A DNA stretch of 64,000 bases. Origin: an uncultured Gammaproteobacteria bacterium (GTDB lineage: Bacteria > Pseudomonadota > Gammaproteobacteria > Pseudomonadales > Azotimanducaceae). The translations under genes were made by a program, and so were the position numbers. Below are positions 38,000 to 47,575 of this stretch, piece by piece; the stretch's first letter is position 1, and each line of letters begins with the position of its first letter. The notes beneath the pieces are model-generated. The model did not search any database and was not told the origin of the DNA. It saw nothing but the letters and a program-made list of their open reading frames with translations. The DNA is taken from positions 33,241-97,240 of the forward strand of contig CAJXDK010000002.1 of assembly GCA_913052265.1 (NCBI GenBank), read 5' to 3'.

Positions 38000-38728
38000 G
38001 TGGATTCGAATACGGCCTTGGTCACCGGCGCTAGTCGCGGTATCGGCGCAGCAATTGCTGACGAGCTCGCTCGTCTGGGTTATTTTGTATTTGGTACTGC
38101 GACTTCAGAAGCCGGTGCCGAAAACATCTCTAACCAGTTACAGTCGCAAGGTCGTGGGCTGGTGTTGCGAGTGCAAGATCAAACGTCTGTGGACAATGCG
38201 TTCAGAGAAATGCTCGACGGTGCGCCAGCGCCGTTGATCGTCGTTAACAACGCCGGTGTCACGCGCGATAATTTAATGCTGCGAATGTCAGCAGACGAAT
38301 GGCAAGAAGTTTTAGATACAAATCTTAATGGCGCGTTTCGTGTAACCAAGGCTGCCCTGCGCGGCATGATCAAAGCTCGATGGGGTCGAGTAATTAATGT
38401 TGGCTCGGTGGTAGCGAGGCTGGGTAATCCTGGTCAAGCTAACTATGTGGCGAGTAAAGCGGGTCTTGAGGGATTTACCCGGTCTTTGGCTTTAGAGGTT
38501 GGTTCGCGGGGGATCACCGTTAATTTGCTGGCCCCCGGGTTCATCGAAACAGACATGACCGCAGCGCTGAGCAGTGAGCAAACGGCTGCTATGTTAACTA
38601 GAATTCCACTAGGCAGGATGGGCACAGCCAAAGAGGTGGCTGCGTTAGCTGGCTTTTTGAGCGGTGATGATGCGGCTTACATAACCGGGCAAACGATTCA
38701 CGTGAACGGCGGAATGTTTCTTAATTAG
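38000..38728 (+). CDS. fabG: 3-oxoacyl-ACP reductase
   Basis: TGASRGIG, NNAGVTRDNL, GNPGQANYVASK, APGFIETDMT, ITGQTIHVNGGM. Confidence 0.96.
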   Translation: MDSNTALVTGASRGIGAAIADELARLGYFVFGTATSEAGAENISNQLQSQGRGLVLRVQDQTSVDNAFREMLDGAPAPLIVVNNAGVTRDNLMLRMSADEWQEVLDTNLNGAFRVTKAALRGMIKARWGRVINVGSVVARLGNPGQANYVASKAGLEGFTRSLALEVGSRGITVNLLAPGFIETDMTAALSSEQTAAMLTRIPLGRMGTAKEVAALAGFLSGDDAAYITGQTIHVNGGMFLN

Positions 38729-38776
38729 TCTTCGATAAGTTGACGTTGAGAACGGATTTTTCCCTTAAATTGTTTA

Positions 38777-38805
38777 TTGAATTGCCAAAACCGCCTCTAT
38801 AGACT
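38777..38805 (+). promoter_or_regulatory. Putative sigma70 promoter for acpP
   Basis: TTGAAT-N17-TAGACT, 44 nt upstream of the acpP ATG. Confidence 0.5.
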
Positions 38806-38848
38806 CCCCCACCCTTGAACCTTGGAACCATCAGGAGATGTCTTTAGC

Positions 38849-39082
38849 ATGAGTACTGTTGAGGAAAGAGTAAAAAAGCTTATCAGCGAGCAACTCGGCG
38901 TTAAGGAAGAGGAGGTAGGCAGCGAAGCTTCCTTCGTCGAAGACTTGGGCGCTGATTCCTTGGATACTGTTGAGCTTGTTATGGCTTTGGAAGAGGAATT
39001 CGAAACCGAAATTCCCGACGAAGAAGCTGAAAAAATTACCACAGTAAAAGAAGCCATAGACTACATACTGGCTAATCAATAA
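38849..39082 (+). CDS. acpP: Acyl carrier protein
   Basis: [43 protein letters not shown]. Confidence 0.98.
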   Translation: MSTVEERVKKLISEQLGVKEEEVGSEASFVEDLGADSLDTVELVMALEEEFETEIPDEEAEKITTVKEAIDYILANQ

Positions 39083-39294
39083 TTGATCAGGGCGCTAGAT
39101 TAAAGAGCGCCGCGGTATCTTGCTGGGCCTGCCGGATCCCACCTTTTTAAATCTTATTTTGCGGAACTCGGCGTCCGAGGCGCACCGGTGCGTCCGACCT
39201 TTTCGAAGGCATGGAGAGACAGGCGGCATGCAGACAGGTCGATTAATATGTGGTTTATTTGGAAATCCAATGCGCTTGGAGCGGGAGCGAATCA

Positions 39295-40530
39295 ATGAGC
39301 AGACGTAGGGTGGTTGTTACCGGTATGGGAATGGTGTCTCCGATAGGCCACACCGTTGAGAGTTCCTGGCAAGCAGCAATAGCCGGCCAAAGCGGTATTC
39401 GTGCTAACGAAGGCTTCGACACAGAGGCTTTTGGGGTAAAAATCTGTGGCAGCATCGTGGATTTCGACATCAGCAACTATATGCACCCTAAAGAAGCTCG
39501 GCGAATGGATTCGTTCATTCAACTGGGAGTAGCTGCGGCAACCCAAGCCATCAAAGATGCAGGTTTAACCGCACATCCAGACGATGCCGATCGCATAGGC
39601 GTCGCGATTGGTTCAGGGATTGGCGGTATTGAAACCATCGAAAATACCCACGCAACGTTGGTTAATAGTGGGCCGCGGAGGGTGTCTCCCTTTTTTATAC
39701 CCGGCGTAGTCATCAACATGATCTCTGGGAATGTCTCCATTGAATGGGGGTTTAAAGGCCCGAACTTTGCTGTGGTTACAGCCTGTACAACGGGCACGCA
39801 TAACATTGGGTTTGGTGCTCGAATGATCCAATACGGTGAAGCGGACGTTATGGTCGTTGGTGGTGCCGAATCTGCGACTTCGCCAATTACTGTTGCCGGA
39901 TTTCACTCTATGAAAGCGCTGTCAACGCGTAATGATGACCCCGCTGCGGCGAGCCGACCCTGGGATGCTGACCGTGATGGCTTTGTTCTTGGCGAGGGTG
40001 CCGGCGTGCTGGTCATTGAAGAATATGAACGAGCAAAAGCGCGGGGTGCGCACATCTATGCAGAGCTTACCGGGTTCGGGATGAGTGGTGATGCGTTCCA
40101 TATCACCGGTCCGTCGGAATCTGGCGAAGGTGGTGCAAAAGCCATGCAAAACGCCTTAAACGACGCCGGTTTGAATCCTCATGAGCTTGGGTATTTAAAT
40201 GCGCATGGTACGTCTACCCCATTGGGTGATGTGGCAGAGACCGAGGGTGTTAAGTCAGTTTTTGGATCCGAGACCAAATTGTGTGTCAGTTCGACGAAGT
40301 CGATGATAGGACACCTGTTGGGAGCGGCCGGATCGGTAGAAGCGATCTTCACGATCAAGGCGTTGACCGACCAAGTATTGCCACCGACTATCAATCTAGA
40401 AAACCCTGGAGAGGGTTGCGACTTGGATTATGTGCCTAACGAGGCGCGCCAAACCACGCTGGAAAACGCGGCAACCAATTCCTTTGGGTTTGGCGGTACC
40501 AACGGTACCTTGATCTTCAGCCGTATCTGA
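39295..40530 (+). CDS. fabF: 3-oxoacyl-ACP synthase II
   Basis: RRVVVTGMG, TACTTGTH, SRPWDADRDGFVLGEG, NAHGTSTP, KSMIGHLLGAAG, NSFGFGG.N. Confidence 0.96.
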   Translation: MSRRRVVVTGMGMVSPIGHTVESSWQAAIAGQSGIRANEGFDTEAFGVKICGSIVDFDISNYMHPKEARRMDSFIQLGVAAATQAIKDAGLTAHPDDADRIGVAIGSGIGGIETIENTHATLVNSGPRRVSPFFIPGVVINMISGNVSIEWGFKGPNFAVVTACTTGTHNIGFGARMIQYGEADVMVVGGAESATSPITVAGFHSMKALSTRNDDPAAASRPWDADRDGFVLGEGAGVLVIEEYERAKARGAHIYAELTGFGMSGDAFHITGPSESGEGGAKAMQNALNDAGLNPHELGYLNAHGTSTPLGDVAETEGVKSVFGSETKLCVSSTKSMIGHLLGAAGSVEAIFTIKALTDQVLPPTINLENPGEGCDLDYVPNEARQTTLENAATNSFGFGGTNGTLIFSRI

Positions 40531-40535
40531 AGCTA

Positions 40536-41594
40536 TTGAATGCCCCGCAGGTAGATAACGACGATACTCGTTCGCCATATCTGGTCAGCATTGTTGCTGG
40601 TATTGCGAGCATCGCGTTACTCATGATGGGGTTGTATTTTGGCTTTTTAGGCTGGGCAGAACGTCCGGGCAACCTTGAAAACCCAGTTCGGTACGACCTT
40701 CGGCCAGGGCAATCTTTTGCCCAAGTTGCAGCGGACCTGCAAGAGCAAGGGGTCCTAGAGAGCCCCCGATTGTTTTCTTTGTATGCGCGCATGACATCAT
40801 TGGATGTGTCGGTCCAGGCGGGCGAATACGACCTTCCCAGAAACATCTCTCCACTCGGCTTGTTGAACCTGTTTTCCACTGGCCAAGTGGTATTGCACCC
40901 GGTACAGCTGGCCGAAGGCGCCACATTGAAGCAGGTGCTCACGGCGTTGCGGAAAAGCACGTTTCTCGTCGATGACCTTGGTGTTGGCCTAACCAATAGC
41001 GATTTCGAGCTGTTGTTAAAACGGCTCCGGTTGCCTATACAGTTCGCCGAAGGTTATTTCTTTCCCGACACCTACATGGTGGTCAGAGGAACGAAGGTCA
41101 GCGATGTCTTGGTTATGGCGCATAAAGCGATGCAGACTAAGCTCGATGCGGCGTGGCAGCAGAGGAATGCGCGGCTGGCGGTGAGGGACCCCGATCAACT
41201 GCTCATTCTTGCTTCGATTATTGAAAAAGAAAGTGGCGAGGGCGGTGATCGCCGCACCATCAGTCAGGTTTTTCACAATCGCTTGCAGCTCAATATGCGT
41301 CTGCAGACAGATCCGACGGTGATATACGCCCTAGGCGATGCATTTGACGGCGACATCCGCTCTCGTGACTTGCGCGTGGATTCGCCGTTCAACACCTATA
41401 GAGTAAAAGGCTTGCCACCGACACCCATCGCGCTACCTTCTTTCGATTCTTTATTGGCTGCGGCTCAGCCGACAAAAGGGGACTATCTATATTTTGTGGC
41501 GCGCGGTGACGGTACTTCCGAATTTTCTCGTACGCTGAATGAACACAATGCCGCAGTGCGGAAATTTCTGATGCAAGGCTCAAAGCCTAATTGA
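40536..41594 (+). CDS. mltG: Endolytic transglycosylase (YceG)
   Basis: N-terminal TM, AGEY, EGYFFPDTY, LASIIEKE, RLQTDPTVIY, SPFNTY...GLPPTPI, YFVARGDG. Confidence 0.93.
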   Translation: MNAPQVDNDDTRSPYLVSIVAGIASIALLMMGLYFGFLGWAERPGNLENPVRYDLRPGQSFAQVAADLQEQGVLESPRLFSLYARMTSLDVSVQAGEYDLPRNISPLGLLNLFSTGQVVLHPVQLAEGATLKQVLTALRKSTFLVDDLGVGLTNSDFELLLKRLRLPIQFAEGYFFPDTYMVVRGTKVSDVLVMAHKAMQTKLDAAWQQRNARLAVRDPDQLLILASIIEKESGEGGDRRTISQVFHNRLQLNMRLQTDPTVIYALGDAFDGDIRSRDLRVDSPFNTYRVKGLPPTPIALPSFDSLLAAAQPTKGDYLYFVARGDGTSEFSRTLNEHNAAVRKFLMQGSKPN

Positions 41595-41615
41595 AATCTT
41601 TACTAAGGCGCAGCT

Positions 41616-42254
41616 ATGACTCGTAATTTCGGTAAATTTATTACGCTTGAGGGCTCGGAGGGCGTCGGTAAAACCACCAACATCGATTTTGTTTGTCAGC
41701 TGTTGGAAACTAACAACGTGCCCTACATCCGGACCCGCGAGCCCGGTGGTACGCCGTTGGCTGAAGCCTTGCGCGACGCTATGTTGGCAGTGCGCGAAGA
41801 GCAGGTCAGCGGTATGACTGAGTTATTATTGGTATTTGCCGCTCGCATGCAGCACTTGGATTGTGTTATTCGTCCCGCTTTGGCGCAGGGCATGTGGGTG
41901 GTCTGCGATCGTTTTACAGACGCATCGTATGCCTACCAAGGTTACGGCCGGGGTCTGAAGTTAGAGCGTATAGCGGCGCTAGAGCAGTGGGTGCAGGATG
42001 GGCTGCAACCGGACTTAACGCTGCTTCTCGATCTTGCTCCAGACCTTGCGCAACAGCGTATGCTCGAGCGTACTAAGGACCGCATGGAGTCCGAGCAACT
42101 GGAATTCTATCAACGGGTGCGGGCCGGCTATCTAACCCGTGCTGCCGCTGATGAGGGGCGTTTTCGCGTCATCGATGCGCAGAAAACAATTGATCAAGTG
42201 GCAGCAGCGATCGAAACCCACATCGCTGACCTGATCCGGCGCTGGCACAACTAA
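41616..42254 (+). CDS. tmk: Thymidylate kinase
   Basis: FITLEGSEGVGKTT, TREPGGTP, CDRFTDASYAYQG, DRMESE. Confidence 0.96.
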   Translation: MTRNFGKFITLEGSEGVGKTTNIDFVCQLLETNNVPYIRTREPGGTPLAEALRDAMLAVREEQVSGMTELLLVFAARMQHLDCVIRPALAQGMWVVCDRFTDASYAYQGYGRGLKLERIAALEQWVQDGLQPDLTLLLDLAPDLAQQRMLERTKDRMESEQLEFYQRVRAGYLTRAAADEGRFRVIDAQKTIDQVAAAIETHIADLIRRWHN

Positions 42255-42262
42255 GTAGTGTT

Positions 42263-43120
42263 ATGTACTCGGTATTTCCTTGGCATGATCAAATCGTAGC
42301 GCGTGTGGCCGGCTTGGCGAGCTCGGAGCGACTGCCTTCGGCGATGGTCCTAAGCTGCGGTGAAGGTTGGGGCGGTGAGGCATTATTGGCTCGATGTGCC
42401 GCCGAATTAGTCGGTATCGTCAGCGATTTACCTCCCTACGAGGTCGCACATCCAGATTTCTGCTGGGTTCGCCCGGATGGTGCTGTAATTAAGATAGACG
42501 CCATTAGAAAGCTAACGCAATTTGCTGTGCAGACGCCGCAGATAAGTGCGCGCAAGGTGGCCTGTATAGTTGACGCCCATACGATGAACAAAAATTCGGC
42601 GAACGCGCTGCTGAAAGTGTTGGAAGAGCCGCCACCGAATACACATATTTTGCTCGCCACACCTTATTGGGGGCGTCTTATGGCGACGGTTCGGAGCCGC
42701 TGTCAGCGATTTGCCATGGCCAAAGATCTCGGTGTTGCCGAGCATTGGCTGCAGCAGCAGGGTCTAGCGTATACCGAAGAGGATTTAGCAGAGGTCGACA
42801 ATGCGCCCCTGGCGCTTGTCGCGGCTAAAAATTTCAACCTTCGCAGTTGGCTCGCCGAGGTAGAGCGTACCTCGGATCCTGCCGCCGCTGCTGCGGCGAT
42901 TATGCAAACAGATGTGGTCGAGGCCTTGGCGCGCTGGGTGCGTTTACTGCTGTCGGAGCAAAAGCGCTTGGCAGATAGGCAAACTTTGGTCTTTATAAAT
43001 GAGATTAATCAGGTCAGATTCGCGCTGCAGTCATCAAACTCGGCTAATGCTCAATTGTTGCTTGAAAAGTTGCTCGCGCAGTGGACCGCTCTTCTGCACT
43101 TCAAAAACAAAACACGTTAA
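42263..43120 (+). CDS. holB: DNA polymerase III delta' subunit (short, divergent)
   Basis: FPW, HPD, IKIDAIR, A..MN.N.ANALLK.LEEPP, TVRSRC. Position between tmk and tatD. Confidence 0.85.
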   Translation: MYSVFPWHDQIVARVAGLASSERLPSAMVLSCGEGWGGEALLARCAAELVGIVSDLPPYEVAHPDFCWVRPDGAVIKIDAIRKLTQFAVQTPQISARKVACIVDAHTMNKNSANALLKVLEEPPPNTHILLATPYWGRLMATVRSRCQRFAMAKDLGVAEHWLQQQGLAYTEEDLAEVDNAPLALVAAKNFNLRSWLAEVERTSDPAAAAAAIMQTDVVEALARWVRLLLSEQKRLADRQTLVFINEINQVRFALQSSNSANAQLLLEKLLAQWTALLHFKNKTR

Positions 43121-43141
43121 ATCTGCAAACTTTGAAACGTT

Positions 43142-43918
43142 GTGTTTATTGATTCCCATTGCCATCTTAACTACTTGAACTCTGCCGGCGACGCCTTGAA
43201 TAGGGCACGTCAAAACGGCGTCGGCGGTGTGCTTTGCGTTGGGGTAGACGAATCAGGTATAGAGGAAGTTTTGGCGCTGGCGCAAGCGCATGATGATGTT
43301 TGGGCCAGTGTGGGTACGCATCCGCAAAGCGTAGAGGACGGGATAGCCTGGATAGAGGGCAAGCTAGCTCGACCGAGCGTGGTGGCCGTGGGTGAAACAG
43401 GCCTGGATTACACAACAGCTGGCAACGCTGAAATGCGGCGCTTGCAACTGTACTCGTTTGAACATCAGATGAATTTGGCAGAGCGTTACGGTTTGCCAGT
43501 GATCATTCACACGCGCGGCGCCGAGTCGGATACGTTAACGATGCTCGAGAATTTTCCTAGGGTTCAAGGCGTGTTGCATTGCTTCACCGAGTCATGGGCG
43601 ATGGCCGAGAGAGCGATGGATCTGGGTTATTTCATATCCATCTCCGGCATCGTGACGTTCGCCAAAGCGGAAAATGTAAGAGCGGTGGCGGCCGACGTGC
43701 CGCTCGATCGACTACTGATAGAGACAGACGCGCCGTGGCTGGCGCCAGTGCCCTATAGGGGTAAGGAAAATGAACCTGCGTTTGTGTCGCAGACGGCGGA
43801 GTTTTTGGCGCAACTCAGGGGTTTGGAGGTGAGCGCATTGGCGAGAGCAACCAGTGCTAATTTTCGCCGTTTGTTTCTGTCTGCAGATGCCGGGAAAAGA
43901 AATCCAGTATCGCTGTAA
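43142..43918 (+). CDS. tatD: TatD family DNase
   Basis: IDSHCHL, VG.HP, VGETGLDY, IIHTR, LHCFT, ISISGIVTF, IETDAP. Confidence 0.94.
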   Translation: MFIDSHCHLNYLNSAGDALNRARQNGVGGVLCVGVDESGIEEVLALAQAHDDVWASVGTHPQSVEDGIAWIEGKLARPSVVAVGETGLDYTTAGNAEMRRLQLYSFEHQMNLAERYGLPVIIHTRGAESDTLTMLENFPRVQGVLHCFTESWAMAERAMDLGYFISISGIVTFAKAENVRAVAADVPLDRLLIETDAPWLAPVPYRGKENEPAFVSQTAEFLAQLRGLEVSALARATSANFRRLFLSADAGKRNPVSL

Positions 43919-46019
43919 ATCGATGAATGGAAACGTGAGTTTCCTGCATGGAGTGCTTGGCGCCGGGGTAAGTCATTAGCTCAAACTGTTTCCCGAGTTT
44001 TTGCAGCTCCGCCATGATCAACGTGCTGTGTGTGAATAGAACATTATCATCAGCCATACCGTGAATAAGCATCAACGCGCTTTCGAGTTGGTGTAGGTGA
44101 GCTATCACACCGCTGTTTCTGTAGGCGTCGGGTTGTTCCTGAGGTAAGCCCATGTAGCGCTCGGTGTAGTGGCTGTCGTAAAGCGCCCAGTCGCTCACAG
44201 GCGCTACTGCTGCCCCCGCTTTAAAGACGTCTGGCGCGCTGCACAACGACATTAAGGTCATATATCCGCCGTAGCTGTGACCAAAAATTCCGATATTATT
44301 GGTATCTGCCCACGGCACAGATTTAAGTAATTCCACGCCACGTAACTGGTCCTCGACTTCCACACTACCCATCGCACGGTAGATAGGCGCTTCAAATCCT
44401 CGCCCACGGTTGCTCGAGCCGCGGTTATCAAGTTCCAGTACACCAAATCCATTGTGAGCGAACAGCTGCTGCAGTAGCGGACTCCATTCTTTGCGCACTT
44501 TCTGTGCGCCGGGACCGCCGTAGACGTAAACGATGACTGGATGTTTGCCTGTTTTAGACAGCGGTGGGGTTAATCTGAAGTACAGGTTTTCTTGTTCCGA
44601 CGTCAGTACGGAGCCAAATTCGCTGGGGACATGGTTCGCCAGAAAAGGCTGGTAAGGATGGTTGGCGTTTATTTGCTCCTCGAATAATGTGTGCTCCACG
44701 CGCTTTGCGACCGCGCTATTCAAGCTAACTTTTAGAGGCGTGAGATCATTAGTAAAGCGATCTACGAATAGGCACTGGCGTGGATTTAGGACGAAGTCAT
44801 GCCAGCCGGCATCTTCGGTAATTCGGGTAAACGCGCTGCCATCTAGTGGTATCGTGAATAAGTGATTCTCCAGCGGCGTATCTTGCCAACCACAGGCGTA
44901 AATCTTTTCAGTATCGGCGCCAAGCAGTTGGTTGAGATGCGTCGGGCAGGCTAGGCGCTCCGGCGCGTTCGGCCTGTTGAGAAGAATCGCTTGACGTCGT
45001 CCGCTAGATTCAGAGGTAAACGCGTGGCCGCCGCCTTGCAGCTCGGTAAAATCGTCAGTGAGGTTTATCCAGGTTGCAGAGCGTTCTACGTGATACGTTT
45101 GCCATTTTTTTTCCGCGTATCCCTTGCGCAATACAGTCAGAGTCTGCTGCAGACGATCCTGGCACTGGATGTAGAGGCCATCTGTGCAGGGGTCGACTCT
45201 GGCTAAATAGGCTTGTTCTTCGCTGTCGCGCCAAAGCTCTAGCAGTTCGCCAGTTGCGATGGAGTACTGCCAGAGCGAAACACTGGGATTCACTGCGCCG
45301 GCATAGGGGTACCGCTGTGCGATAGAGCGACTGCCGTTGGCGTCTACTTCCAACCGATTGCTTACGGTTACTCGGCTTTCGTCAACTTTGCTGAAAAACA
45401 GTAACGTTTCATCTGCCGACCACCAGTGACCCTTAAAACGGTGCATTTCTTCCGCGGCGAGGAAATCTGCGGCACCGTTTGAAAGGGTTGCCGTTGCATC
45501 AGTGGTAACTCGTTGTTCAACCTCTAGGTCTTCGTTAATGCGGCGATAGTAGAGATCGCCGTCTCGCACATAGCTGAGGAATTGGCCGTTGGCACTGAGA
45601 CTAAACGCCGCTTGACGAGTGTTACGGTTGGTCAACTGGCTCGGTGTCGATAACTCGACGTCAGTTAGGTAAGCCTGCCCATCGATGCAGGCGACCAGTG
45701 ACGTCGTGTTGGGGCGCCAGAAATACTCGGTTATACCTTGGGTGAATTGGCGACGACGTTCGCGCTCAGCGCGTTCTCTGGCGGTTAAGGCGCTGACGTC
45801 TTCTTTTGCCTCCTTTGCGATGCTGGATGCGGCGAGCAGGCAAAAACGCTGTTGGGTTGCGCAGACGAATACCCACAGGTCCAGAATGCTGTTGCTGACT
45901 GCGCTCGCCTGCAGAAAGCTTACGTATTGTCCGCAGGATGAGATTTTAAATTGAGAGGGCTGTGCGACCCGCAAGCCGGGTTCGGCAAATACTCGCTCGG
46001 GTGTCAGCGTGGCCTTCAT
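43857..46019 (-). CDS. S9-family dipeptidyl peptidase IV
   Basis: Beta-propeller with AAEEM, YPYAG. Catalytic VYGGPG, GHSYGG (Ser), HGMADDNV (Asp), YPG.KH (His). Confidence 0.92.
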   Translation of the reverse strand: MKATLTPERVFAEPGLRVAQPSQFKISSCGQYVSFLQASAVSNSILDLWVFVCATQQRFCLLAASSIAKEAKEDVSALTARERAERERRRQFTQGITEYFWRPNTTSLVACIDGQAYLTDVELSTPSQLTNRNTRQAAFSLSANGQFLSYVRDGDLYYRRINEDLEVEQRVTTDATATLSNGAADFLAAEEMHRFKGHWWSADETLLFFSKVDESRVTVSNRLEVDANGSRSIAQRYPYAGAVNPSVSLWQYSIATGELLELWRDSEEQAYLARVDPCTDGLYIQCQDRLQQTLTVLRKGYAEKKWQTYHVERSATWINLTDDFTELQGGGHAFTSESSGRRQAILLNRPNAPERLACPTHLNQLLGADTEKIYACGWQDTPLENHLFTIPLDGSAFTRITEDAGWHDFVLNPRQCLFVDRFTNDLTPLKVSLNSAVAKRVEHTLFEEQINANHPYQPFLANHVPSEFGSVLTSEQENLYFRLTPPLSKTGKHPVIVYVYGGPGAQKVRKEWSPLLQQLFAHNGFGVLELDNRGSSNRGRGFEAPIYRAMGSVEVEDQLRGVELLKSVPWADTNNIGIFGHSYGGYMTLMSLCSAPDVFKAGAAVAPVSDWALYDSHYTERYMGLPQEQPDAYRNSGVIAHLHQLESALMLIHGMADDNVLFTHSTLIMAELQKLGKQFELMTYPGAKHSMQETHVSIHRFTAILDFFSRHLQTETNGEN

Positions 46020-47428
46020 CGTTCGTTGCCCAAGGGCTGCAACGCGCTAAATGCGTCTCGTGTGAGGTTTTCTACACCGTGGTCGAGCACCCTAACATTG
46101 TCCTCGATGCGGATTCCGCCGTAGGGTATTAGCGACTCGACTAAACGCCAATTTATACGTTGATCGTTTTGTTGGTGCGCGCTTAGCAATGCCGGAATAA
46201 AGTACACGCCTGGCTCTACCGTCAGCACCATTTCCTCTTTAATGGACCGTGTAAATCGCAAGCTAGGGTAATTCTCTGGCGGCGGACTCATATCCCCGGC
46301 CGCATTAATTTGTTGCCCGCCCACGTCGTGAACCTGTAGTCCCAACAAGTGACCGAGTCCATGCGGACAAAAAGTTTCGGTTAGATGAGTGTCGAAAGCC
46401 TCTGCCGCAGAGCAACGCAGTATTTCTGTGTCAGTTAATAGTTCAGCGAGTTGTTGGTGCATGAGTCTTTGCAGAGCGACGTAGTTTTGCTCCGGTGCGA
46501 TAGCTTCGATTAATGCGTCTTGGTGTGCCTGCATCCGTGTGAGCAAGTCCGAAAACACCGAATCCGTGATGTTGGAAGCAGTGGAACCAGTTTTTAAGTG
46601 TGTGCGGGTGATATCGCTCGCGTAGCCCCGGAACGCGCCGCCGGCGTCAATCAAAAGGGTGCTGGGTATGCTCGCGCTGCTGCGTTGTTGGAACTGATAG
46701 TGGAGATAAGCGGCATGCTCATTCTGGGCAACGATATTGCCGTAAGGCAGTGTGGTTTCGTTTTGTCCGCTCGCCGCCAAATAAGCCATATGTACTTCAA
46801 ATTCACTGCCACCACCCATGAAGCAATCGGCCGCAGCGTTATGGCCGAGTGCGCCCACGATGGAAGCATTACGCATAGCGGCGAGCTCGTATTGAGTCTT
46901 GCTCGCGCGCGCAAAGTCTATGCGCCGGATAAATTGTACTGGGTTGGTTTGCCAGTCCGCTTCGAGTTGCCCTTGATCCGGGAGCTCGCCGATAAATGCA
47001 ATGCAGCCCGAGTCATTCGAGCATTGCCGCGCGCGCTCGTCGCGATGTTGCATCAAGCCGCTAAGGTCTGGGAAAACCTTAATGTCGAAATAACGTGCGA
47101 GATGTTCTGGGGCTGGAGGCGTTGCGTGCCAGTAATCTTCTGGCTGATAAAACAGTAAACAGGCTTTGCGGCCAGGCTCTATCAGCATGCAGCTTCCAGC
47201 AACGGCGTATTCCGGCGGCAACCATTGCAGTAAGTGAGGGTTAGCGCGGAATTCCGGCCCTTGGTCGTCGGCGAAAAAAAAACGAGTTTCCCCGGCATGC
47301 AGAATGGCTAGATCAAGTTCGCATTGCGTAAGCGCCTGCCACCATCGGTCTTGGATGGTTGTATAGTGGTCTTTCAACAGTTCGGGCGTGTCAATGTCGA
47401 CGTAGGGGTAAGTGGCGTTGCGGTGCAT
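46016..47428 (-). CDS. pepQ: Xaa-Pro dipeptidase (prolidase)
   Basis: PYGNIVAQNEHAAYLHY, IDAG...GYASDITR, PHGLGHLLGLQVHDVGG, TVEPG, GGIRIEDNV. Start estimated at ATG 47428. Confidence 0.9.
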   Translation of the reverse strand: MHRNATYPYVDIDTPELLKDHYTTIQDRWWQALTQCELDLAILHAGETRFFFADDQGPEFRANPHLLQWLPPEYAVAGSCMLIEPGRKACLLFYQPEDYWHATPPAPEHLARYFDIKVFPDLSGLMQHRDERARQCSNDSGCIAFIGELPDQGQLEADWQTNPVQFIRRIDFARASKTQYELAAMRNASIVGALGHNAAADCFMGGGSEFEVHMAYLAASGQNETTLPYGNIVAQNEHAAYLHYQFQQRSSASIPSTLLIDAGGAFRGYASDITRTHLKTGSTASNITDSVFSDLLTRMQAHQDALIEAIAPEQNYVALQRLMHQQLAELLTDTEILRCSAAEAFDTHLTETFCPHGLGHLLGLQVHDVGGQQINAAGDMSPPPENYPSLRFTRSIKEEMVLTVEPGVYFIPALLSAHQQNDQRINWRLVESLIPYGGIRIEDNVRVLDHGVENLTRDAFSALQPLGNER

Positions 47429-47575
47429 AACTTCGGAGTGGCTCCAGAGCATTAAAGGCCAGATCATAGCAGCCAACAAAGCGCATACGCAGTCAAATTG
47501 CCAAGATTGCAAGGAGTACTGCGCGAAATGCGAGACTCATGTTAGATTCCGAAAAACTGAGATGATCTTGGAGAG

